The notes: generated by a model not told the origin, from the letters alone. Shown: positions 39,066 through 53,593, counted from the stretch's first letter. The stretch: DNA of 64,000 bases from Octopus vulgaris (GCA_951406725.2 OX597836.1:36580001-36644000); one strand, 5' to 3'. Program-made: numbers and translations.

Positions 39066-39617
39066 ATATAAATGATATATAAATATATGCATATATACAT
39101 ACGTATGTGTACATACCTACATATATATGTATATATACATTCATATATGGGTACAGGACATCGAAAAATCGTTGAACACGTTTCGAAGGCAAGGACAAGA
39201 CGCGACCTCGTTGAAACAGTCCTTTCGGCAAAACAAATTAACTAAAATTTGGAATTTTTTGCGGAGGGTGAAAGTATTTTAACTGTTTTGTTCTCACTCT
39301 CCTGTTCTTGTTACCACTTTCACCATTTTCAAAAAATCGCGTCTTGTCTTTGCCCTCGAACACTGAGTAGTTGAAACAGGGACAACTGAAGAAGGGGGAT
39401 ATTCTTTATGTTGTAAGTCTCGTTTCTCTGTTTATTTTTTCATTGCTCGAAAAACTGTTCATGTCTATGTTTTTGTTTTTATGTTTTCGATTCTCATTGT
39501 GTTCAACGTTTGTTTGATATCCTGTACCCATATATGCATGCATATATACATATATATATATGTAGGTATGTACATGTATGTATGTATATATGCATATATT
39601 TATATATTATTTATATT
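39063..39617. repeat. Nested fold-back element
   Basis: Outer arms about 39063-39179 and 39499-39617; inner pair ttcgaaggcaaggacaagacgcga / tcgcgtcttgtctttgccctcgaa. Confidence 0.75.
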
Positions 39618-39656
39618 ATGATGTGATCGAACGCCACGCATCCTTTTCCGAGTAAG

Positions 39657-39697
<41 letters not shown>

Positions 39698-39701
<4 letters not shown>

Positions 39702-40094
39702 TATATATAAAAGTAAGGTTGTGTGCTGTCTGTCTCCTTCGATTTAGATTCCTAACTACTCCCACATTTTGCCGTGCAGTTTAACCAAAACCGGGTATCT
39801 TATAGTCGTGATTCATATCGAGCCCTTCTGGGTATTAGCGCGCGTCTACGATGAGTCTACGATTTTAAAAAAAATTTACCATCAATTTTTCCCATTTTTA
39901 ATGCATTTTTGGCATATATAAGGGAAGTAACTCTCTAAAAATGTATTATTAAATCTCAGAACGTAAAAAGCTACAGTAACACCCCCCTTTGTGGTTAGCC
40001 ATATTGAGATGGCTACTATACTTTACATCTCTCTAAAAATGCTTATATAGTTATTTCCCTTACAAACTCGAGCAACGCCGGGCGATACTGCTAG
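39698..40094 (+). mobile_element. Non-autonomous Helitron family 1
   Basis: Near-identical to 7060-7454; CTAG|T end; within (TA)n. Confidence 0.9.
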
Positions 40095-40917
40095 TATATA
40101 TATATATATACACATACATGTGTGTGTGTGTAGACCTAACTTCAAAACTTTTCCAATCATGACCAACCTCGTTTTTCATCTTTTACAGATGTCGTTTTCA
40201 GAGTAGGCGCTTCACATTTGTAATGATAAATGGTGTCATTTCAACAAATTTGGTTATGTTTATGAGATAAAACAAGAACTTTATTTCCTCATTTGCTTAT
40301 CATTAAAATTGTCCCTCGTTCACCCGTTTTTCACTATATATGTGTATGTGTGTTTGTGTGTGCTTGTATGTGTGTGTGTGTATCAATACTCAAGAAATGG
40401 CTAAGTCCATTATATATTATAGTGTAAATTCAGCATCTGGCAGAGCCTCACATATTTAGAAATGATTTAATAGCAAAGTTATTATGGATTGTTACGTCTG
40501 AATTTCTAATTTACGACTTGCTGTGTGTCATTACTTATTTCATGTTACCGGATTAACATTTAAGTCTCAGAAATGAGTAAATACGTAATCAAACTACAAA
40601 AGTTTTCATCTGGTCGACAGAGGAAAACGGCTAGTGAAATAACCACGGGCAGCTGCTACATAAAAATAAGGAACGAGTAGTTACGTTAGCTGTAGACGTA
40701 TTGATGATGAGAGCAATATATTTAACAATATATTTTTTCATGACTAAATATATAGCCTGTATTGATGAATTAAAATAACCATCTACATGATTAATCCCAG
40801 GATTTGAATTAGGGAAAATTGCTGCTAAACAGAATGCTTTGGTGACTGAGTATAATATTCGAAAGTATATTTGAAGACCAACACAAACTCGGATTTTCAC
40901 TATAAAATGCCTATATA

Positions 40918-41330
40918 GGCGCTGGAGTGGCTGTGTGGTAAATAGCTTGCTTACCAGCCACATGGTTCCGGGTTCAGTCCCACAGCGTGGTACTTCGGGC
41001 AAGTGTCTTCTACTATAGCCCCGGGCCGACCAAAGCCTTGTGAGTGGATTTGGTAGACGGAAACTGAAAGAAGCCCGTCGTATACATGTATATGTGTATA
41101 TGTATGTGTGTTTGTGTGTCTGTGTTTGTCCCCCCAACATCACTTGACAACGGATGCTGGTGTGTTTATGTCCCCGTAACCTAGCGGTTCGGCAAAAGAG
41201 ACCGAAAGAATAAGTACTAGGCTTACAAAGAATAAGTCCTGATGTCGATTCGCTCGACTATAAGCCGGTGAACCAGCATGGCCGCAGTCAAATGACTGAA
41301 ACAAATAAAAGAGTAAAAAGAGTAAAGAGT
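40918..41330 (+). mobile_element. SINE family A, full length
   Basis: tRNA-like head, microsatellite, body, (taaaagag)n tail. Confidence 0.93.
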
Positions 41331-41801
41331 ATATGTTTACATGAGCGTGTGTAACATGTGCGTTTAAATACGTTGATAATTTGATAGATGGATATATTGA
41401 TAGAAAGGTAGTGATCAAAATATGTATATATATAATTAGATAGATCGAGATACATACGTATAATACGAAGGAATGCTGAAACGCTCCTGGCTTCGGGTAA
41501 AAGAAAGTACAAGAAGATCAGCGAATTAAGATTTCATTCAACATATTGACCTCTCAGATACACACACTTATTGCAGTGGTCCTTCAGTTATCCTGGGTGT
41601 TGTAAAACTCGAAAAGTTGGGACTTCACCTAAGCCTTTTGCGATACACTTAAAATCAGAAACTTCTCAACCTCTCCCACTTATATGAGGAACATGTTTGT
41701 TTGCATATGTGTTTATATATAAGTATGCATGTATGCATGTATGTACTACGTATCTATGTGTGTGTGTATGTATGCATACATGCATATATATATATATATA
41801 T

Positions 41802-42098
41802 CATCAAATTAATCAACAAGGATATCCAGAGGTAATTCAGTACGATCGTTTTACGCAACTCCATTAAATTGAACAATGCAACCATTACATCAATTTAAAT
41901 GCAGAGCAATCCCAGATGCACAAAGACATAGAATGAAAATTAAATTAAATTAAAAACTGCATTACCTCTGAATATCCTTGTTGCTTATTTTGATTTTAAT
42001 CACCTTATTTTGAAATTGTATGGATAACACTGTACTAAATTCTGGTGCCTCAACTTAAGCACCTTATTCATCTGAATCTAAACGTTTGCTGAACTCAT
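41802..42098 (+). mobile_element. Second member of the 8544 family (shorter inverted arms)
   Basis: aacaaggatatccagaggtaa / ttacctctgaatatccttgttg; shared tail tatggataa..aattctggtgcc..attcatctgaatctaaa. Confidence 0.7.
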
Positions 42099-42198
42099 CT
42101 ATATATAGGTAGAAGGTTGAAAAGAAACACACGAGTTGATATATATACGGGAAAAAGTCAAGGTAGAAAATGCTTAAATAATTTTATAAAAAACATTT

Positions 42199-42234
42199 CA
42201 GTACTGGTTTCGGTCATTGACACTTTTTCAACTG
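42199..42234 (-). ncRNA. Variant minimal hammerhead-like motif (UUGAAAA core)
   Basis: Minus strand: cag TTGAAAA agtgtc aat gacc GAAA ccag TA ctg. Confidence 0.4.
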
Positions 42235-44071
42235 TGTGTATGGAAAACAATTAAGTTTTGGAGAAATTAAATGAAAATTTTTTAAAAGAATATTTGTATA
42301 GTATTCAAGTACAAGGGGCATTTTCCTTGTTTCTGCTTGTCTCTGTTTCTCTTGTTTTCTCTTGTGGATTCGAGGTCGTCGGGATTTCTTGTCATATGAA
42401 AGGCGATGATGGATTCTACTAAAATACTGGAGAATCCCGTTGCAATTTGGTGACTGTACACCTATCTACATATCTAAATTCACGGGATATAAGATGTCGA
42501 AAGTATGTTAAGAGTCAATGCAGCAATGGATATTAAACAATCGAATAATAATTCTTTTTATGTTACATTGGAAGCGTCTATTTCGAACGACCAACATTTT
42601 AAATACACAAACTATATGAATATTATATGTTGTTGCTGCACCTGCTTAAAACAGCAGCTAATCCCTCTCAAATAACTTCAACCGTCTTCAAAATAAAGGA
42701 CGCATGAAATATTGGTGGTGGAGTCACAGCCGGTACTCTTATAGTGTTAGCTGTACTCGCTCAGTATTATCATGTGAAATGCTGTTAGTGGAGTAAAAAC
42801 CTGATCTCAAGAACGACAAGAGAGAGCAGCTACATCTCATCTTGCCAAACAACTTGCGCGCCTTAGAAGTAAGGAAGACGATATAAATCCTCGTGAAGTA
42901 TATAATTTCTAAATAGATTAAGATGAGAAAAATTGTGGGTTAAGCAGCAGCAATGACGAATGTATGCTATACAACGAGCGAAAACTCTGGGTGGTCACTC
43001 ATCTTGTAGGAAATATCAAAAACATTTTCCGCAAACCAAACTTTACCGCCTTCAAGGAAGAAAGCATTTGTGAACTATCGAGTGGAAGATCACAAGTGGA
43101 TACATTTAATCATCACCATTCTTTGATCAGTGAAGGCTTGCGACTAACAACAAGAAAAAAACCATATATATGTTACAGTATAAAGGTGAGTTGTGTTTAA
43201 ATGTCGTTTATAGGTAATGGAAGAGGATTTATACCGGAGAGACTATTACTATTATGCCAGTATTATTTAATGCCTGATCACTTTTCATTGATCAGTTGAC
43301 TGTTCTTGATCAAAGGCAGCTTATCGCTCACTATCATCGTTTTTGTAAAAACATTTCCAGAACTACAAACATAGAACATCAAGGAACTTTACATATGATT
43401 TATTTACGTAGTCTTTTATATTTATTTGAATTTTTGCATGATCGCACATTGTAAAGTCCGTAGCTGCTCGGAATATATAGGAGTGAATAAAATCTACCAA
43501 AGGAATTATATACTTTGTTCAAGTATGCGTTTTGCAATACCTATGTTCATCCATCGGAGCGATGAGAGCCACCAAATCATACATAAGGATGACTGACGAC
43601 TTGCTCGATGACTTCGTTTAAAATTAATAAAATTTGCGCACCGCCGACTTGAATCTCTCACCATCTTCAATCCTGAGGCGAGACTAAATCAAGAAGACTG
43701 GGAACGTAGACTTCTGCTAAACTCAATCAATGTTTTTTGAGACTAACGTGTTGGTTGAATACTAATCGATGATACGTGCACACAGATATACACCTATCTG
43801 CCAGACAGTAGTTTGTGTTAAGTCATAAGTGAAGAGCTTTCAGTCTTGTTAGATTCACATAGTAATATCAATTGTTATATAACCAAAATTTTTTTATGCT
43901 GCATAAAAAATCTTTATTTTATCAGTTCATTTTGTGTGGTTTCATTTACACTGCAAAACTCCACCAGATCTCATGAAAGATATATAAAGTTTGACTGAAG
44001 TTTGTGAATGTTTCTGATATCCTTACTGTCAATACCACTTCATTAGCTACAATATATTTTTAATGAATATC

Positions 44072-44487
44072 CAGGAGTGGCTGTGTGGTACGTAGCTTGT
44101 TAACCAACCACATGGTTCTGGGTTCAGTCCCACTGCGTGTCATCTTGGGCAAGTGTCTTCTGCTATAGCCCCGGGCCGACCAATGCCTTGTGAGTGGATT
44201 TGGTAGACGGAAACTGAAAGAAGCCTGTCGTATATATGTATATATGTATATGTGTGTATGTGTGTATGTTTGTGTGTGTGTCTTTGTTCCCCTAGCATTG
44301 CTTGACAACCGATGCTGGTGTGTTTACGTCCCCGTCACTTAGCGGTTCGGCAATAGAGACCGATAGAATATGTACTGGGCTTACAAAGAATAAGTCCCGA
44401 GGTCGATTTGCTCGACTAAAGGCCGTGCTCCAGCATGGCCGCAGTCAAATGACTGAAACAAGTAAAAGAGTAAAAGAGTGAAAGAGT
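44072..44487 (+). mobile_element. SINE family A, near full length
   Basis: Matches 40918. Confidence 0.93.
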
Positions 44488-44846
44488 ATCCAATTATATT
44501 AAGATCTTGCTGTGGAAATGCACTCAATTTCAAAGACATCTGTTTGATTGAAAGCAAGGTAGTATAAATGAGACTCAGACAAGCTAAAATATATTTGTCA
44601 TATATTTTTTATTTCTAAAAGCAAATTCACTGCAATTTACCGTGGAAAAATATTCTCAGGGTAAAACATATATAATCTGCCCAGTCGTTTTCCCTATCGG
44701 ATTCCCAGATATGCGTTTCAAGCTCTATAGTCTTCTTTTGCTATATTTATCTCGACAAGGTTGTCCACAGATGTTGACTGTTTTTTAGTTAAGGCCACAG
44801 CTTTGAATGTGCTCACCGTTATCTTTCCTCGTTACTTCCCATTGAA

Positions 44847-45235
44847 GTGGAGGCGCAATGGCCCAGTGGTTAGGGCAGTGAACTCGCGGTCGTAGGATCG
44901 CGGTTTCGATTCCCAGACCGGGCGTTGTGAGTGTTTATTGAGCGAAAACGCCTAAAAGCTCCACGAGGCTGCGGCAGGGGATGGTGGTGATCCTTGCTGT
45001 ACTCTTTCACCACAACTTTCTCTCACTCTTACTTCCTGTTTCTGTTGTACCTGTATTTCAAGGGGCCGGCATTGTCACTCTGTGTGTCACGCTGAATATC
45101 CCCGAGAACTACATTAAGGGTGCACATGTCTGTGGAGTGCTCAGCCACTTACACGTTAATTTCACGAGCAGGCTGTTCCGTTGATTCGGATCAACCGGAA
45201 CCCTCATCGTCGTAACCGACGGAGTGCTTCCACAC
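44847..45235 (+). mobile_element. tRNA-derived SINE family C, full length
   Basis: A box tggcccagtggttagg, B box ggtttcgattccc; 13-bp TSD acttcccattgaa. Confidence 0.93.
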
Positions 45236-45547
45236 ACTTCCCATTGAAATATGCTATATTGCCAGAAATGCGGGTCTGGGAATCCGACTGAGGGAAGCAC
45301 TGGGCATATATGGTGCTTTTACATCTTTTACCATAAGGAAAGCTTTTCTTTCTCCAGGGTAACTGCAATGAATTAGCCTTAGAAATTTAAAATATGTCAC
45401 AACGACGCGCAATGATGAACAAAAAGCAGAGTAAGAGCAAGCAAACGAGGGCTGATGGGCTTGGGAGAGGTTTCGAAACCTGAATTCTGACTCCAATTTT
45501 TCAAACGTAAGACATTTAATATACGTATATATACTGATATAGATATA

Positions 45548-45748
45548 CGAGGGATGCTGAAAATTTCCTGGATTTAAGGGTGTCACGAAAGGTCTGGTTG
45601 AAGGACCAACCTTCCGAGTTCTGAAAAACCGAAGGACCACAGCAGTAAATGTGAAAATCTGACAGGTGAATATGCTGAATAAAATCATGATTAACTGATC
45701 CTCCTGTTTATTCTTTAACCCAAAGCCAGGAACTATTCAGCACCCTCG
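45548..45748. mobile_element. mariner-derived MITE
   Basis: TA|cgagggatgctgaaaatttcctgg ... ccaggaactattcagcaccctcg|TA. Confidence 0.85.
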
Positions 45749-46128
45749 TATGCAAACGGAGCAAGTATTACTGCCGCGGCTAGTTCTAGAGATCCCTTCG
45801 ATCAGTTCTTTTTAGGGGAATTCAAGTGTACTATTCCCAATGGTGGGGGTCTTCACAAGATTGATCACCTCAATGTAGTGCTAGTAGATGTATAACAAAA
45901 ATAATAACTATATTTATCCCGACCAGGTGACCCAGCAGTGCAACTCCGAACATGTCAGTTTGTGCAAGTTTATTCAACCAGGTCTTACTATTTCTTGTCT
46001 CCACATCATCTCATCTATATTTTGTTTTCTCCTTAGTGATTGCTCAAAAGTTACACCTGGTCCTGCCTTTCTATACCAAGTCCTCATTAGATATTACTAT
46101 CTGTGTTTTGTTTTGTTTTTTTTTGCTT

Positions 46129-46548
46129 GGATCTTTTCGGTTTGAACGGCAGTTTTTAACATAATTTCTAGGTAACTAAAAAATTTTAAACTTCGTATAC
46201 TGGTAGAATGTGTTTACAAAACATCTTTTTCTCTTGGCTTCATTGAGAAAATTCTATAGTTTGTAAGATATTTGTTGGTTTTTTTTCTTCAATTTCTGCA
46301 ATTTCAACCAATGAAATACGTCTCTTAAGGTAAAAAAACATTATGTGCCGTATGAATATGTCCCTCGTTTAAGAAACAGATTGGGTTTATTTACATTTGC
46401 GAAGAAAAAAAGATACCCTTCCCCCACCTCTAACCCTAACCCTAAAACAGATTGAAATGCAATAAATCGATACTAGGGTTATAATTATGGGTGACAATTT
46501 CATATGACACCGCTAGAAAAAAAACTGCCGTTCAAACCGAAAAGATCC
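46129..46548. mobile_element. Merlin-like MITE
   Basis: 29-bp perfect TIRs ggatcttttcggtttgaacggcagttttt; 8-bp TSD ttttgctt; GG termini. Confidence 0.85.
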
Positions 46549-47689
46549 TTTTGCTTTCCTTTTGCAGCCCCTGGAGTAGTAAATATCAAAATATCAAAGA
46601 GGAATGTTAAACGCAGCGATCTTCCCTACCACTGACTGCGGGATATGTTCCCAGTATCACCGGGACACTCTATAATGGACACTGAAACACTATAAAAAAA
46701 ACCCATGTGTGTGTGTATGTGCGTGCGTGTGTGTGTAGGAGCGGGGAATAATAATCCCGTCGAAACGTTTTGTTGGAGAAAAACAAAGGCTCAAACGAAC
46801 GATTCAGATGATTATATTCTATCCCCGTACAATGATTTAGTTATCTGCACACTCGTTATTTCCATCTAACTCGTTTTTACTTTAATACTATATTTCAATA
46901 GTGATTATCTCGTCTAAGCCATCATCAATCTACTTTCAGTATCACCGATAATTTGTTGTATGAATTCGGAGATAGAATTTTAAGGGAAATGAGAAAACGT
47001 AATAGGACCTTATCATATTTTGTTTTGTCTACAGAAAAGGGTATATATTTATTCAAGAAGTTATTTTCAGATAATCTCATTCAGCTATGCAACCCGTATC
47101 CTCGGTATGATTATCTCAGCATAATCAGGAGAATTTATCTGGCCTCAAATAAATAACGTAAGCACGTGCCGATACTAAGGTTTTGCTTACTATTTATTAA
47201 TATTTTGTATGTAATTTTTTTTCATATTTAATTATTCTATTTTTTGTATCTTTTAGTTTTCTATTTTTATTCATTTATTTTTTGGGAAGCAATACAACTG
47301 AACAAGACCTTCGTTATTCTGTTGAAGGAAAGCGATGAGCTGACAAAACCGTTCTGAGTTCAAAATACACCAAGGTTGATATTGATTTTCACTTTTGGTT
47401 TCGATAAATTAAGAACTAACCAAGTATTGAAGTCGATGTAATCGAATTCTACAAAAGCTGCTGACCATGTACCAGAATTTGGAACCATGATTTTGGTGGA
47501 ATGTTTAACCAACAAATGTACCTCTACGTGGTCACATCACCTGCCACAAACAGGTATCTTCTGAGTTAAGTAACGTTGATGGAAGCTGTATAGAAGTCCA
47601 TAGGATACTCTTAGAGTTCCTCTATGATTCCAAACTTACAACCGAATTATATCATTTGTGCTGCTGATACTACGAGTGAATCATATAAG

Positions 47690-47815
47690 AGGGTGGCTTC
47701 CCAAACACATATTTCCAGGTTCAGTCCCACTTCGTGACACATCGGCCAAGTGTCTTTTATTCTAGCCTCGGGCCGATCGTAGTCTTGAGATGGGGTTTGG
47801 CAGAAGAAGCCCGCC

Positions 47816-47858
<43 letters not shown>

Positions 47859-48191
47859 TTAATAAGGGTGAGAGAATTAGATACTAATTTAATAGTATAT
47901 TTATTCCACACCAAGTGGCCTAGTGCTACGAGAAACCTGGATTATTATAATATTTTATAACATATTATAATATTTTCACAAAATAAATATAAGAGAGTGG
48001 TCACTATATTGATCACTCTAGCACCAGTTAATCCAAAAGGTTTCAACCACGAAAATACATGTTTCCCATAAAAGCCAGTACGACTGTTAGCTCACACGGA
48101 CAGGGCAAATAAAAAATAACAAAAATACAGATTATTTTGGGACAATTGTTTCGCTATTAATGAATTAAATGTAATATATATTTATATTTAT

Positions 48192-48244
<53 letters not shown>

Positions 48245-48485
48245 GTGTGTGTGTTAGTGTGTGTGTGCTTATGTGTGTGTGTTTGTGTCCTACCATGATT
48301 TCAGAACCGAGATTTGTGTATTTACGTCCCCACATCTCATCGCTTTCGCGAAAATGACCGAGAGGACGAACAAGTAAGTACCAGGCTTTACAAAAATAAG
48401 TACTGTTGTCGATTCATTTGACTAATGCTCGTCAAGACGATACCCAAGTACGACCGTAGTGTAATGGCTGAAGCTAGTAAATGGT
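47690..48485 (+). mobile_element. Diverged SINE family A split by a PLE-like end (about 47855-48175)
   Basis: Head at 47690-47820, body at 48280-48485; insert ends in the minus-strand half-hammerhead agcGAAAcaattGTC. Confidence 0.65.
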
Positions 48486-48639
48486 AAGGTCAGGGGTCGG
48501 GTCGACAAGTAAACTCTGTACACAATACAAATAGAGGAATACATACGCGGACTGGATGATATTCTGTTATTATACAAATAACTGTACCCAACTGTCTACT
48601 TGACTTTTGGATGCTTTTGAATGCTTAGGTTTAGGCATC

Positions 48640-48719
48640 CACCTGATGAAAAGGGTTGCTCTCTAATGATGTAATGTCTCCATGAATCAGTTAAAAATTC
48701 GTTGGAAACAGCTGTAGTG
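48640..48719 (+). ncRNA. Minimal type I hammerhead ribozyme motif
   Basis: cac CTGATGA aaagggtt...aattcgttg GAAA cagctg TA gtg; palindromic stem III ACAGCTGT. Confidence 0.7.
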
Positions 48720-48817
48720 TATTGACTCATTAACCATCATCTGCGATATGTATATATATATTTATATATATATATATACACGCACACAGAAACACGCACA
48801 CATACACACACACACAC

Positions 48818-48949
<132 letters not shown>

Positions 48950-49411
48950 GAGTTAGAAGTAAACAGAGCTTTCGACTTCTTTGTTTTGGCTTGTGTTTTT
49001 GAGAAATTTTCCGGATATGTAGATTAAAAAAGCATATGATTTAATATATAAAAAATTTCTAAATTTTTTTCAGTATGTGAGAAAACTAACAGCCGAAACT
49101 TCATCTTGAACTTCAAATTATTTTGTTCGAATTATGTTCTAAATACAGATGATTACAAATTTTGTTAAGAAAATTTCTTTCAATTTTCTATTTCCTGTTC
49201 TCTTTTCATCAAATCAATCGTACGCACCACATAATAATTTTTTTGTAATAACCGCGCTTTCGACGATGAATAACTATTTAGTTCATCAATTGTACATATG
49301 TGTGTGTATACATATATGTGCGTGTGTGCCTGTATATATACATATATATATACATATGCACACACAGATACACACATGTACACGACTCTCTCTCTCTTAT
49401 TATATATATAT

Positions 49412-49483
<72 letters not shown>

Positions 49484-49695
49484 CGTATAAACCTACATAC
49501 ACGCATATATATGCATGTGTGTATGTGCGTAGACATATGAATTCTGACTTTATAACTTTGTTTTCAGTCTTCAGAAAACTTCTTTGGATTTCCATGGACT
49601 ACGCATTAGCGCCGTTCAAAAAAATGATGATAAATTGCATTTTTTTTTTGTTTCTATGTTTGTTAAATTATATTTTCAACATGAATAATTGTTCA

Positions 49696-49714
49696 TAATA
49701 ATAATAATAATGAC

Positions 49715-49773
<59 letters not shown>

Positions 49774-49800
49774 CAACAACAACAACAACGACAACAAAAA

Positions 49801-49831
<31 letters not shown>

Positions 49832-49860
49832 TATAATAATAATAATAAAAATTTATTAAT

Positions 49861-49901
<41 letters not shown>

Positions 49902-49922
49902 CAACAACAACAACAACAAAAA

Positions 49923-49953
<31 letters not shown>

Positions 49954-49982
49954 TATAATAATAATAATAAAAATTTATTAAT

Positions 49983-50031
<49 letters not shown>

Positions 50032-50098
50032 GCAACAACAATAATAATGATATTCGTATTAATAATAATGATGTTGATGATGATGATAATGATGGTGA

Positions 50099-50167
<69 letters not shown>

Positions 50168-50216
50168 AAGAAGAAGAAGAAGAAGAAGAAGAAGAAGAAG
50201 AAGAAGAATGATAATA
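49696..50216. repeat. Compound (AAT)/(AAC)/(GAT)/(AAG) microsatellite with an internal block duplication
   Basis: Directly visible. Confidence 0.95.
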
Positions 50217-50756
50217 ATTATATAGTAATTTGCAAATTATTATTAGTATTTCCTTTGTGGCTAGTCTTCCTCTATCTTTTTACGCAACGGCTGTATCAGA
50301 TTATGAACCGACGCAGGCCTTTAACTTCTGTGCAACGCATTAAATATAAAATCAGATATTGAAATTTATGATTTACAAAGAAGAAATTTAGAAATTATTA
50401 AAGCGAATTCCATTTTTTGAATTTATTTTATTTTATTTTATTTTATTTATTTTTCAAAGAGAAAACTTTCCGTGCGAAATATCTGAACCAAAAAATTAAA
50501 TTCATGTGAATTGCAAACTAAAAGTATTAATAGCGTATTTAAATTCAGCTAGAATTTTTTTCCGAGTTTTGCGGAGCTAAGTCCTCGAGTCAAACACTAA
50601 AGTTAATTATGTATTGGAAAATAGTTTCTAATACAGACACAAGGCCTGGACTTCGCTGATACTTAGTTTTGATCGAGGATGAAAGGATGAAGATTTTGTT
50701 GATTTTGGTTTGATTTCAGCTCAGAACATAAAGAGTGGCAAGCGGTCACTAAGAAA

Positions 50757-51170
50757 GACGGCGAGCTGGCAGAAACGTTAGCACGCCGGGCGACATGCTT
50801 AGCGGTATTTCGTCTGCGGTTACGTTCTGAGTTCAAATTCCACCGAGGTCGACTTTGCCTTTCATCCTTTCAGGGTCGATAAATTAAGTACCAGTTACGC
50901 ACTGGGGTTGATGGAATCGACTTAATCCGTTTGTTTGTCTTTGTTTTCCCCCTCTGTGTATAGCCCCTTGTGGGTAGTAAAGAAATAGGTATTTCGTCTG
51001 CCGCTACGTTCTGAGTTCAAATTCCGCCGAGGTCGACTTTGCCTTTCATTCTTGCGGGGTCGATTAAATAAGTACCACTTACGAACTGGAGTCGATATAA
51101 TCGACTTAATCCGTTTGTCTGTCCTTGTTTGCCCCCTCTATGTTTAGCCCCTTGTGGGCAATAAAGAAAT
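50757..51170 (+). mobile_element. SINE family B, two tandem units
   Basis: Junction gaaataggtatttcgtctg; flanking duplicate aag(c/a)ggtcactaag. Confidence 0.92.
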
Positions 51171-52659
51171 AAGAGGTCACTAAGCAAGTTTTCCGACAAG
51201 CTAAGTTTCTGCCCAGTCGCGGCCTTAATATGCATTCAATAATGACCATATTAGTCTAATACTTTTTCACTATTTATGATAAAAGTAATGTGATTAGTTA
51301 AAGTCTTAGTAGCATTGTCATTCACTGTCTACAATCTGCCTGCCTGCAACGTTGGTGATGGTGAAATTTATATTTTCTCTCTCTAGAAAGTTTCCAAGAT
51401 TTTATGGTTTGTTTGTTTTTTCAGAACTCCCCATAAATAGATAAATTTTGTTTTTGTTCTACTGATTTTTGGAGATACTAGGTGTTACGAAATGGCTACA
51501 CCACGAATAAAATATCAAAAGCAAATTAGCACCTAAAACTGCTATTCAGTTTCAGAGTGAAAGATAGCCAACGATAAGTTGATAAGTTGTGTGTTTATGA
51601 TTATATACTACAATAATCACAGAGATAACTTCATGATGTTAGCAGCTGCTTCCTGTTATAAAATATAGTCATAGTTCAGAGCAACACATTTTGAGGATAT
51701 GAAGACGACAATGTGTGTCTTATTTCAAATAGCTTTTCATATTCCATGTGAAGTCTCAGTAACATGTTCTATTTACAATGCTGACCAAATCTTCAGGAGT
51801 TTCTTTTCAATATCAAAAACCAAATCCAACACTTTCAGGTGGTCAACTTTTACGATAATAGTAACAAATTGTATTTTCGTTAGCGTATTAAATAACAATT
51901 ATTTTAAGGTAGGTGTTAAAATGATTGATTACCCGAATCAATCACACTTTACCGAAGTGTGACCAAACGGCAATAGATTACAAATAAAAACAAGCAGAAC
52001 GTGGGCAAGCTGTCATTCGCATCACCCCCATGAATTAGTTAAACGTGACGTGATTTAATTTGTTCAAGTAAAATCAATGGGCGGTATCTGAAGAATATTT
52101 AAAGTGAACGTATAAAATGATTGTCTTTTCTTCGCGGAGTAGGGGGATCTGAGTCTTGTTCTCGCTACTGTCTAATGAAATTATTCTCCTAGTACCAACC
52201 TCAGCGGAGATATCAAGCGAAAACATTTGATTTTCTACTGATTTATTATCTTCATAGGTTCACAAAATCTTGTTTTATATCGATGAAGTTATACATGATT
52301 CCTGTAATTGTTGGAACATTTTACTCGCTTCTCTTCGGACGTAATGATAATCATTAATTAAAAGACAACTACAACTGACGGTATGAAGTGGCCACATATG
52401 GATAATGCATAGCATAGTGATACTTACTATGTGAAAAATCATAAATATAATAACATACTTTTGAACTGTATTGTTGACAAGTAATTTGTAGTGTTGCTCC
52501 ACAAAGTATAATCTATAGCATTATCTGAAACTGTAACATGTGAAAAGAAGTTTTATTTGAAGATATCTTCGTATAGTTGTATTCATCATTTCGAGTCCCT
52601 TCGAAATTTGGAAACTGGAGGAAGAGAAGGAAATAGTAAAAATTTGAAGTAAGTGAATT

Positions 52660-53216
<557 letters not shown>

Positions 53217-53593
53217 TTACGGTGAAAGAGTACAGCAGGGTTCGCCACCATCCCCTGTAGGAACTCGTGGAGCTTTAGGTGTTTTCACCCAATAAGCTCC
53301 CTCAACGCGCAATGTGGGAATCAGAACACAGGTACGCAAACACAGATGCATTCACACACACACACACATAAGCTCAATGTCTCATAAACTATTGACACCC
53401 ACATCTTCATAAATATAAATTGAGAATGCGTAATCAAGAAGGTCTACGCACCAGGTGCAGATCTGGAGCAGAGAAGTAATGTTCTTGAGGAGGTGGAGAA
53501 CAACTTCCAATATTTGTGGACTGGCATATTAGCTTGGCGATATCTATTAATATCCAGTACTGCTGACTTGAGAGATACTTAGAAATATTAATA

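Noticed and set aside
44847-44925. tRNA genes at SINE heads
   Set aside because: A and B boxes run into SINE bodies with TSDs; no complete acceptor stem or terminator
46429-46444. Telomere or interstitial telomeric site
   Set aside because: Under three units and internal to a MITE
51699-52500. Possible exon pair (aag|gtaggt donor, cttcatag acceptor)
   Set aside because: Stops in all frames after the acceptor; no recognisable domain
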